Shown piece by piece: positions 41,801 to 54,400 of a stretch of DNA of 64,000 nucleotides. Position numbers and translations under genes: made by a program. The notes below the pieces were generated by a model. That model was not told where the DNA came from, searched no databases, and worked only from the letters and a program-made list of their open reading frames with translations. Each line of letters starts with the position of its first letter. The stretch's first letter is position 1. The DNA lies in contig NMRA01000145.1 in assembly GCA_002633005.1 (NCBI GenBank), positions 399,898 through 463,897 on the forward strand. Direction: 5' to 3'. The stretch comes from Phoronis australis (taxonomy: Eukaryota; Animalia; Phoronida).

Positions 41801-44800
41801 AGGACTAATAACCTGTCATGAGGGTAATAACACACCATTCTACTTAATCAGACCATGAATTCTGCTTTCACTCAACCAAGGAAATTCCGCTTGCATGTGT
41901 GACCATGGGGAATTACAGTTCCTTTTCTCTGGATTATTTTAGGTGGTATTGTGGCCCTTCTACCCAAGATATTTTTGCAGACATATTTTAAATGACTGTT
42001 ATGCACTTGAAATGCAAACGACGAAACATACAAAACTTAAGAGTAAAGGTTTAAAAAATGTTTGCCCACCTTCATTCTTAAACTGCAAACCATTGAGGAC
42101 TTGAAAAGGCAAACAAGTTGGACCATCTTAGTCTTAACTGTATACCATTACACAGGGCTCATGTGCAGTAAAAATTAATTTGCACTTAATTATGAACAAC
42201 GATAAGCCAAAGCTATAGTTTTGAATTGGTGCTTTCTTGCTTCCTAAGTTATATACTATAATGCAAACACTGAAAATCCATTTGCACAAGAAAATACAAA
42301 CGAGTTTAAGTATATTGAGCTAATAAGAAATAAAAAAATTATAATGAAAAATTATCTATCTTTTAAGTGACAAGGAAAATTATTTTACGCAAGCTATATA
42401 CCTAGCAACATAATGTATGATCCATGAACCAAAATGCTAACTTTGACATAGAAGCTCTTCAATTCAGTAAGTAGACTTGTGCTGCAGCTCTGTTCAGCCC
42501 CTTGGAAAAAATCAATAGGCCACTGAATCCAGTTTGCTTGATATAAGTAACTAAAAGCTCCTATTGTAGGCAATTATTGTGTGGCCTTGTTCTTAGTTCA
42601 AAGACATTCAAATGAGAACTATTATACTTCAGATGCATAGCCGAGTACGTTTAGTACAATGAAAAACAAAAGAAACATTTGAAGGACTTGGAATTGGGGC
42701 TTACAGTTCTGATGTGGTTTTCTCCATTGAGAAATTCGAGTGCAGTTATTAGAAAAAAACTCAATGATTGGATGACTGACAATGAATTATGACATGGTGT
42801 TATGCGCAATTATTATATCTCTGAAGGACTCGCCTCCACCTCCGCAGACATCAGCACTACAGCTGCAATCTGCAACATAGGAGGGTTGTTGACATATAGT
42901 TTCAAAACAAACTCTATGTTATGTCACAGATAAACAATACAGGCCAAGGAGTGTACTGGCACTATTCATACACAGATCAATCACCTCCACCTAAAAAATT
43001 GTTTTTCCTACAGTTAAACATCACATCAAGGACATTAAAAATTTGACAAGTAACTAAACATGGACAGCGACTGGCAATAATATGCAAAACCCGATTCCAG
43101 TTTACATATTTGGTTTCATTAAATACTGTAAACAAAAACTGTCACACTTTTTATTCACTGTGAATAACTCACAGCAGAGCACCTTGAGTTGTACCCACCA
43201 AAAATGCTTCAATATGAACTTCTGTCCGTCAAAGGAAATTGCCATAACCGAATATAGATTCTGCATTTGAGCAATCCAGCAAAACTACAACTGGAAAACA
43301 TTGATGTTTGCATCAAAGAGCGAAATAAAACGTTGAAAAAGAAATTGACCAAGTTGTTACTCGGTGAAATATGCAAAGTGTGCAATTGCTACAACTGCAA
43401 TTTGTGACAAAACCTCTGGTTTCCATAAAAAAATTCAAAATTCACAGGCTTAACTTCATTACTAAAAAATTTTAAAAAATAACTGGTGTTGATTGATGAT
43501 CGTATCTGTTTGACGCACACTCCATGCTAATTAAGTAAACATCTCATACCATTCATTTAAATTTAATGGAATATCACACAAAATAGTACTCCACTTCACA
43601 TCGATTTCTAAACTGATTATGTTACATCGCCCAAGCAAGATAAATCCATTCTACATCTCTTGCTCCCCCCCAAGGCTTCATGGAGTGCATGTGTGTTGAC
43701 ATTCGTCAGACACGCCTGGACCTAACTCAGTCCTATTGCTCCACTAAGCTGACCAAACTATTGCGCAAGTCAAAACACATGCGATGGTATTAAGCGTGGT
43801 ATTAAGCCACGCGTCACCAATGGTTTTTGGCGTCACTTATAGACTGGTCAGCACTGAAAGGTGGGGCAGAGTGAAAAAAGGTTAATATGTTGACTATTGT
43901 ACTTAAAGCATTAACCCGTGCTGTGTGGTATAAAAGGTAGAAATCGGACCATTAAACGCAATGAAAGAAAAGCAAGAATTATGTCAATACACAACTAAGC
44001 ATGCATGTAATCAAGATTCCTGGCTCAATGAATAGGTTAGAATGGTACAGTTTGATAGATGATCAAATATCAAGGGCTGGTAATTCAGAAGGTGAAGCTT
44101 TATTTATTCTACGTAAATCTTGGTGTATATAAAAGAACTGTGTGTTTTGCCTAAAATAACTGTTCCTTACACAACATCTGTGTATTCGGTAAAATTTTAC
44201 ATACATTTGTCCAAACTCAAAATGCCAACTCGTTGTGCATTGGGTGTTTGCATAAAGCTTTAATGTCAATAGGCATACAGTGAAATCTTTAATGTAAACA
44301 CATTAAAATTTACAAGACCCAGTGTCAGGCTTGGAACTGAATGCTGGGCTTACAATTCTTAAAGTATGGATACAGGAAATTAAAATTGAAAAATTGGGAA
44401 ATAAGGGTGAAAATAAATTCAGTAGGACTTTGGATTCAGTGTCACCAATGCACACAAGGGGAGACATAAATAGGCATGGATTTTAAATCTGCAATAATAT
44501 TGAAAAAGCTGGAAGCCGAATTCTAGAGATGCCAGAAAAACTCAGACACGCATATATGCAGCAAGACTGTGGCAATCAATTCCTTATTTCACAATTATCC
44601 GTCATACATTACCTGGTAAGTAAACATGGGACTATGCAGTAAGCAAACTACTTCATGTCATTTGAAGGGATATTTTACCAAAGATTCATCCAAGTGTAAA
44701 ATGCATAGTAATGACTACAAACAGTTTATTACCATTCAAGACTTATTTGTGGCATAGCTGAATGACAAAAGACAATACACGATATTTTGAATTGATCAAT

Positions 44801-45424
44801 ATTAGCCATCATTACATTGTGGTTATAACACAACACATAGACTTCCAGGATTTCACAATCACACAATTACATGTGAGGGAATGCGCTGGTCAGGCTTACA
44901 CACAGCTATGGGCCGCTTTATCTAAGGATACTTTTTTAGACTTCAACGGAATTCAACATTTGAGGCTTGTTGAAAGTCCAGCGTTAATCTGAATTCTAAG
45001 TGCTTTAAGAACATTTATGTTTTCATTAATAGCCACACTTGTTATGAAGAAAAGTAACCAAAAATATTTTTAACAATTTATTTTAAAAAGAAAATGATCA
45101 ATATTGCCATTATGACACTGATGCATGTTTCTGTTCTTGAACAAAACTAAAAGATTACCATTAAACCACATACAGAATTCACAAACAGTCAGTGTTTACC
45201 TTTTGCAGTCAGTGACACCTGTTGTTTATCCTTGTAACTAACTTTTCATCCAGCTCAGTGGCAACAGGTGAGCAATCACAAATTCCGGCACCCGTATGCA
45301 GCGCCATCTATTGTACATTAGGTAAAATGCATCAATCTTGTCCATGGTGTATACGAAATGATTTCTTATGCATCCCTGATGTGATCCTGATGCAGATTAG
45401 AGTCGTAGTTTCAACAAAATGAGT

Positions 45425-48400
45425 CTACAACAATCCTTCCATTTCTTTCATGAATGCATCGTAAGCATCGTCCTTCGTCTTCCCAGGTACACTAGGTGTA
45501 GGCCGTGGCGTAGGCCCCGCTGTTGGTGTCTCCTCTTCTTTACCTGGTATAAAACCAACGATACAGAGCAGTGAAGCGAATACAATTACTTTTTCATTGT
45601 TCCAAGAGATATACATTGACCTATACAATTTGACTAATTACTTCCTATTACGACTTATTCTTATACACAAGTCTTCTAAACATTTAAGAACTACCACATA
45701 AGGGGAAACACGACAATTGACGATCAAGAAGAATTCAAACATTGCAGTTGAGATCATCTCTCTCGATAGCACACACAGTTGCGGCACATGAGCGATTTAT
45801 TTTGTAATAGCTGTCAACTAATCATAACATACAGTAGACCATTTTGCAGATCAAATAATCTTTAAGATGGGCGATGAGAAAACAATATCACCAAACAAAA
45901 CCAATGACCATAAGTATCGGTGAAAAGTCTACAGAGCTCAGTCACATTTCGATTGTTATTGAACTTAAAAACTGATTAGGATACGACATAAAAAGTGAAA
46001 GTATGACTTTTGATATTTGCGCTAAATGGTAATTTTAATGTCATATAACTCAAATCCCAAGCGTTTTCGTGAGAGTGACAAAAGTAATCATGTCAGCTGG
46101 GTGAAGTCAGTTTTGCATCAATGATTGACAAACACAAATGAGAGAGAACAAGAACTGCTGACCATGCGAAGCGCATAAACAAGACCTCAGCAATCACTTT
46201 TACCAAGCCACTTGTGTAAAAGGAACAAATTGCATACTGACACCATGGCATCAACGCCACGAGGCTAATGTTAAATCATATTTCTGACATCATGTAACCA
46301 GGAAACTAATCTATTGAGTAGAACAAAAGATTCAATGTCTGGTCAGGAAAAAACAATCATTTCTCTAGTACTGGCATGGCATAAGCCTTATCCAAGACAT
46401 CTATAACAGTATCTTCAACTACCTACCGTGTTTAACAATTCGCCCTCGCGCATCCTTTACCGTTCTCTTAACTTTCAGTGAGGTGGGCATGAACCGCGTC
46501 ACATCGCCGATGGAGTGTTTGATCTGTGGTTTGGCTTCTATTGTGGCAGAGCTCTTCGTCTCTTCGTCCGACTTTAGAGGGGGCTTCATGATGCTCGGGG
46601 GTGCGCTGAGTACGCTGGGATTGAGATCCGGACCTGGTCCCATGCCAGGTGGTACCAGAGTTGGTGGCATGCCCGGGGGTCGCATCAGCCTTGGAGGAGG
46701 CATGCCTAGAAAAGCAAACAGTAGGATAACCACATTGTTACACTATGTCATAATATGCAAAATTTGAATTAGTGACATTAAAACAACACAAATAAAAAAC
46801 CAGGAGGACACTGCGTACTAATTTACTATTTCTGAGTCACAATAGTCATAAACACCTTTCTAAATCTGTCTAAATGCCTACAGTATGCCTGGCGGAACAG
46901 AAATTATTTATGAGCATAGATGATGAATGGTACATGTATAACTCAATTATACAAGCGTCTTTGTACTTTTATGTATTTCGATGTTTTTGTACTATGGGCT
47001 GGAGGCCTTCAAATTCAATAAAGTTGTTCAAGTTAAACGCCTTTCTCTTGAACTCAAATCCTCTGAAGCTTTACACTTTTGTGCAGATAATTTATTGCGC
47101 ATGGAAAATTTCAATAACAGTACAAATTATAACAAAAGAACTTCATTTGAAAGAAATTATAAGACACAAAGGCCATGTATGTTTAGTTACAACAAAAATG
47201 GTGATAACATAAGACATTGCACATTATGAAAAAACAGTAATCAAATAATTTATCTTTGGTGACTAAACAAACAAACCATAACAACATGTTAGCTAGTAAA
47301 AAATCATTCGTAAGATAAAAGTAAATTTGCCCTACCTGGTGGAGGTCCTGGAGGCATCCTGGGTGGTGGTGCCCTCAAATGGGGAGGCAGACCAGGGGGA
47401 GGGCCTGGTGGTATGCCAGGAGGACGTCCAGGTGGAGGTCCCGGTGGCAACATCCTTGGGGGTCCACCGGCTAGGCCTCTGATAGGTGGAGCCCGGAACA
47501 TAATGGGAGGCAATCCAGGAGGTGGACCTAGAGCAAGAGTTAAGGCAATGAAAGACAATACCTTCAGAAACACTATTTACCCACAATTAAATATTTCTGC
47601 AAACAGAATGTGCAAATTAAGCTCCAAAACACATAAACTGCTTCAACAAAAAAAATAAAAAAATAAAAAAATAAAATAAAAAATAAAAAAACACCAGGAG
47701 CATAATAGTATACCTTACACAATGACCAATATATATCAAATTGTGAAATCTTATTTTGAAACTTTCATCCATTGATCAAAACTAGAGCCTAATGACTTAA
47801 GAATAGGACTGCGCAGTTTCCTAAATTCCGATTCGTCATCAGGTACAGAAAAGGGAAAAGTGCCCAAAGCCAGGAGACACCCACATCTCGCAAAAGGTGC
47901 CAGGATAAACAGCTATAAAATACTGAAAATTTCAAGACGTCTTGAACAACAGATGAGTTTAAAAAAACATGATATCTCATAATATCTTTTAAATAACAAC
48001 ATATTTTACTGAAGGTCAAGAGTCTTATTTATTTTTACCTTTCCAACCCAGTTTTTAAGGTGCTTTTCAATACAAAATAACATGAGCTATCGATGAACCA
48101 AGCAACAGGTATGAACTATCGGCCCAGAGAAAATCTAAAGTGCTGTAAACAATCGGACTTTACTAAGAAGTACCATAGGTTTCCAAAAAATGAAATAATC
48201 AGCTTGCCACCATCTTTATTTACCTGGTGGTAGGCCAGGTGGTGCCGTAGCGAGGTTGGGAGGCATCGAAGACGGAGCAGTGGACAGTTTAAGAAAGTTG
48301 GGGGTGGAGGCTGCATCGGCTGTTGGCTCTTCTGGTTTCTTTTCTTCCTCCTCCCTTTCATCTTCTGATGACGACGATGACGATGAGCTGGGCTCGATCT

Positions 48401-51400
48401 CCGATTCCGACTCGGAGGATTCCGACGACTTTTCTTCTTCCGACTCTTGCTCTGGCTCTGACTCGGAGTCAGACAACTGAAATGTACAGAAAAAACTAAG
48501 AAATTACTACTATTTTTTCATATTTTTTCTATAATGAACATGAATGTCAACACATTCGACTGACAGGAATATCAAGTACAATAGGACATGGGAGATGAAG
48601 CATTGAGGACAAAAGAGAGTGAGGTGCATTGAGACCAAGGAAATGGGCAAAACCTGAGTTCTAACAGGTTCCTTCGGTTCCAACCTTTCATTTTCCATGA
48701 AATTTTTTCCATTAAAAGTTCCAAGCATAAATGAATGTATGAACACACTTTATAACCCCAAAAAACAGAATAATCATCTTACATTTTTCAAGAGTTTCTA
48801 CCAAATGCATGGAAACACGTTAGGTCACTTTCCAGGTTTTCCGCGACGACTAAGAATCATGAAGGCCATCCTGTTGCAGTAGCTGACATGTAAAAGACCC
48901 TACAACCCCTTTACACGCGCCTCAACTCCACCTACCGACACGCCCTCTGGCAGCTGCTGTCCAGCCATCTTCAACATCTTGATCTGAAGTGGCGTTGGCG
49001 CATCAGATGACTTCTTCTTCTTGGCCTCACGCCTGGCTTCCCTCTCCAGGCGAGCCTCCTCTCGTCGCGCCCGACGCTCACGTCGTTCCGCTTCCTTTTC
49101 CTCCCGGCGTTCAAGCTTAAGACGGCGTTTCTCTCGTCTCTCCTCACGTGCCTGCCGCCTGCGTTCAGCGGCGGCCTCTTTTTCGCGCTGCTGCGACTGA
49201 GACTTCAGTGTAAGGCGTGTGTCTTTCTCCTCAACGTCAGGGTCAACTGCGTCGTCATCGGCAAATCGGATCTTCCTCGGTTTGCCAGCTAACAAATAAA
49301 CAAACGTGTAGCTGAAGTGATCGCAGTGAGAACAGTTCTGGTACAAGTGAAATGTCCACAGAATATTTTTCCAAGACTGTTCCCTTTATAGAAACTGACG
49401 GTATAGAGTAACAGTTCCTTCAACTTACTAAAAACCATCTTCCGAATTCCCTCTTCATTCTCAGCTGCGGGCCTAGGCTAGATGCTTCCCAAATTTAATT
49501 TTATGTTTGACATGAACTATAAAAGTTTAACTTAAAGTAATGTTTGTCAAATTTTGTATGAAGATATCTAATAACACTGAGTCATTCTTGTCCTTAAATT
49601 ACAGCTAGAAAGTCCTCGTATTTTATACACTACTGATGCAGAAATACAATGTTTATGTTGACATTACTGAAATACAATGCTTATATTTATGTTGATACTA
49701 ATTTACATAATTATTCTCAAATTGCACTCACTATCAATGCAAGAAAAAATAAAAATTCAACCAAATACTGGTGCTAATCTGGTCACATCTCTGCTCTGGT
49801 TAAGAACACTCAGTCTTATTTTTGTGATCACACTCATGCGTAACCTCTTACTAGGAAGTTACCAGGTAAAAACAATATTTTAGTATTATGCACTATTTGA
49901 AGCAAATCTATTCAGACATACCTTCCTCTGTTTGTGCAGCTGTGTTAGGAAGATCGTTGTGTTCAGCCAAAACTGCGCATGGAAAGGAGAAAAATAGGCA
50001 TTCTACAGGCCACACAACACAGACAGTAAGATAGTTATGAAATAACAAAGTACTTGATAATAGTGCTGTTATAAATGAGCCATGAAGGTCTTTATACATG
50101 CGTATGTTGGTCACATCACGTCCCCAGTTGGAGCCTCGGTATAGGGCCATGTGATGTGACAAAGCATGTAAGAAGGCTAATCATTCTTACTTATACCATA
50201 TCAACAAATTTATAACAGCACAATAGTATAGATGCATCTGTACTCCCAAGTCTGGGTAAGATGCTTCCCATCAAATCCAATTGGATTGCTGGTGGTCCCA
50301 AGAGCTCAGTGGACTAGAGAGCATGCAAATGTAGTAGGAAATCCGGGGTTCAAGCCATGGTCAGGACAGAGATCTCTTCAGACTTAACTGTAGAACACGT
50401 GATATGTCCAATATATGGCGTGTGTGAAGACTTATAATTCGTACTTATACAAAGAACTTCTTTAAAATAATTTAAAAATCACACCACAAGACTTCAGTTC
50501 TAGCTTTATCCAGTAATCTGAATTTAACTAAAATGATAATCTTTATATTAATTATATTGAAAATTAAACAATAAAATAAATTTCAATATTAATTTAATTT
50601 GCATATTACCCAAACCAAAATGTATGAAAGAGATGACAATGCAAAGAAAACAGTTTGCTGTGTGTAGAAACAGAAACACATATTGGAAAGCATGTTATTA
50701 CAAAAAAGACTAGAGATATTCGACTTAATGGCGTGTCACAATTTTTACCCCATCTCAAAATTTTCAAAATGTCACAGAGAAGCCTCAAATGTCACAGCTT
50801 TTTTGGTGCTTTAAGCATGTATGAGTTGCAACAAATTTGCTTTTGTCACACATGCAAGACACAATATTTGTCAGTGATAACGATGAATTCCACAATTTGA
50901 AATTTGGAAAAAAAGGATCCACTACTTGATACAGCATAAACTTAACTCCATTTCTCACATTTTGTCACAGAATTCTCAAAATGTCACGAAATGTCAGAAT
51001 TTCAGGCACATAAATTTGGTTGCAGCATGTCACCATCTCACAGGGAATCCATTCTCTGCAGGTTTACCAAACCCCCGTGCAGCAGGGATGCTTTCTGTCA
51101 AAAACATTCATTAACATATGAAAAGTAACAGTACTCTTACTCTCTTCAGCAGGCTGGCTTGTATCCATTGGCTCATCCTCGCTGTCACTCAAATCAGGAG
51201 GCGGTCCTGGAGGCGGACCTGACGGATGTAGTGTTGGGACTGGCATACTTGGACCTATAGTGGAGCTGTGTAAGGGCAAACAAAAGAAAATAAATTTCTT
51301 AACGATGAAAACCCAACATGTCTTCAATGTTTATCACCTTTTCTTTGGAATCAAAGTTGTGAGAGACCCATTCATGTTCTGATTTAGTAAAAGCTGAAAA

Positions 51401-54400
51401 TGTATGATTTTTTTGCCACCGGGTATTCTTGCAAGCTTTATGCTGCAGAACATAATTCACTTGACAAGTCATTTTTGAAAAACTCAAGTAAGCAATGCAC
51501 TGGTGTATCAAATCATATGAAAATTTGAATCGAACCTGTGAACACTTTTCTTTAGTATACTTTTAGGCTGAGGCATGGGCAAGGGTATGTCCCCAGGGAG
51601 GGGCAGACTGGCCATGTCTGAGGGAGCTTCGGGTAGAGGAATCTGGTCAACTTGAACACGCTCAGCGTTCTTTACTTGCTCTGTGGTAGAGATACAATAA
51701 CTATTAATTTTTTTGCAATAATGCATAGTCATAATTTAATTATACAGACTATAAGACATTCACAAAGAAGCTACCTGAAGAGGAGTATTAGTTTCTTTGG
51801 AGGCGTTTTTGGTCAAGTTGGCATAATGTAGTGTCGGTAAAAACAGTACCTTTTTCTGTAAAAATAAATTGCAAAAATAAAAATTCTTCAAACAGGAAGT
51901 GAGCAACTTCCAACAACATCAGCCGGTCTGGGTAAGCTGTGTTCCTGCGCTTTTCCGTATCAACGACTTTGCACAATGGCCGAGACGCCCACATTATTGT
52001 GATGGGACTCTATTTCCATCATTTCACAGTTCATTTAGGGCTGACTAACCCTAAATTTCAAATAAAATGCTATCACAATAAGGCATGTTATAAGATAGAT
52101 TTTATGGGAGTAAAAGTACTAATTAAATTTTCGCTATATTTTTAATGAAAAACAAGGCAAAATGCAACTTTAACAGCGATTGAGCCGAACAGACAGACAA
52201 TGTTTGTGACTTGGGCATTATACTTGCCAACAGTATTAACCAATTCATAAATACAATACCTCGTTAGTAAACAACATCATGAGGATAAGTAAGTACAGTT
52301 AGTAAAAACACTGCAGTTGTAACAGAAGAACAAGTTTGACATTTAATACAGAATTTACAGTGTTCAAACTAGATTCACAACAATATCATGGAACACCAAT
52401 ATTATTCATAGTACACATTCCCAAACAATATTTTAAATATCATGTATGATATAAATAACTTTTTAATCATTAACAGGTCACGCACCAAAGTAGATCTGTT
52501 TCGCCATTCGTTTCTTCTCATATTCTACTTCCATTTTTTTCAATTCAGCCCCGTACTCAGGATCCTCTTTTTCCTAAAAATGCACAAGAAGACTCGTGGC
52601 AAATCTTTGACAGTTATAAATCTGAGAACGAACAGCAAAGTAAAGAGCAAGACGGACATGACAAATTCTAAAAAAACTATGGGATAGGAATGGAGCATCA
52701 CTTCCCGTTTCCAAAGTCAATTAAACAGGTTTGTAGTATGTCAGAAGGCATAGGACTGAATAGCGGATTTGCAGCGCAAACGAACTACGCATAGCGCATG
52801 TGCGAGTTACTTCCTGCGCGAAGGTTCATGGGATAGCTTGTGGTCAGGCCGTGTCTTGAGCAGGCTGGATAGTGTGTGCATTTGGAGTGATTTGTAAACT
52901 AAAAACCATGTTTCATTTTTTGCTTTATAATACCAAGCAAGTCCTCTCTCTCGTTTGTAAACACAGCGTAGCTATGATCAGTGACCGAGGGCACGACTGT
53001 CGTCATGTTCAGTATTGGGGCTATCGGCGTTGTTTTCGAAATCTCCGGTTTTAGACAAGTTGAGAGTTCTTGGGTTGCTTAACTTTTGTAGCTTTCGCCA
53101 TGGATATGCTAGAGACGTTAATTTTAAGAGGAAACTCCGTCGGAATGTTGTTCTCATACATCTTTTTTCCACCAGGAAAATGTTCGCTGCACACACGATG
53201 GCCCCTAGGCAATTACATCGCACTGGATGTTGCGGCCATTCATTGGCGATAGTACATCCTCACAAAAAGTTACTCATTTCAAAATACAGCAAATAAAATC
53301 AAATGAACCATACATATAGGAACACGGAGTTATAATTAACACACACCACGACTCTGGATACAATTTATTCAGCAAAACTTGAACAAATCTGTCGCGGTTT
53401 GCTCGAGTTTCTCTCAGTTACCGCGGGTGCCATTTTGAGGAAGTTACGTGAAATTACGCATGTTAACGAATAAAAAGTCCAAGGGACACACATCTTACAA
53501 GTTTTACCCGATACCTTCTCATGCTCTTTTGGTGTCGCGCGCTAGCGTCACGCGCTTCGCTCAGTCTCGCGCTAACCCGCTTTGCCTCACTCACGTGATT
53601 CAGTTGACGTGCTTTGTGGTTATCGCGAACGCGATGATAAAATTAATGGAAGCCAAAAAAGTGAAGTTGTAACTTTTTGCCAAAGTCAACTTAATTCTCA
53701 CAACTAAGCTTCATCAAAGATATGTATAGAAGAAAGGACCAATGATGAATGTAAGCGTTTTTTTAAATGATAGTTTTAAGTGTAGAATGTATTTTTGACG
53801 AGGTGAAAACTCGAAATCGGTAACACAAATCCAGTCACAACCCGTTTGAAATACACTGAAGTAACGAAATGAGTACAGCCGGAAAGCGAATGGAAGTATT
53901 GTAGCCCCTAGATGGCCCCGCGTTGGTTTGAATGCGCTAAATCTCCCCTTACTCCCAGCTCTCCTAACGTTGTTTATCCATTTTCACGAAATTCTTGGCT
54001 TGCAGGGAACTCATAAAATTCAGATTTTTATCTCTCTTGTTGTTTTTGAAGCAGCCAGGAACACAACAAGTGTATCCGCCGTAAGTTTTCTTCGTGCTCA
54101 CCGCTTACGGTTACTATGGCCGCTTTCGGAATCCTGACCACAGCACCCACAATGCACCATTTTAACCTAATTTCAATATGGCGTCGCTGCAAATCCGCTA
54201 TTCTAGCACATTTTCTTGCATTTTCTTGTCAAGTTTCACCCACTGTCACACACAGTCGTTACTATTGAAGCAATCACTTACGTATAATTTCAGAACTCTT
54301 TCAAGAGTCTCCTTCAGTTTCCGTCTTTTCTCTTTCAGAACCTTTTCACTGAGAGCCGCTGGTGCCGTGGTGTCATATTCTGAAATAAATGTGAACGTAC

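Noticed and set aside
41765-41832. Direct repeat TAATAACCTGTCATG(G)AGGGTAATAAC, two copies
   Set aside because: Small local duplication with no evidence of function.
46483-48480. Plus-strand Gly-rich and Ser-rich ORFs
   Set aside because: Antisense shadows of WBP11 proline-rich and acidic exons.
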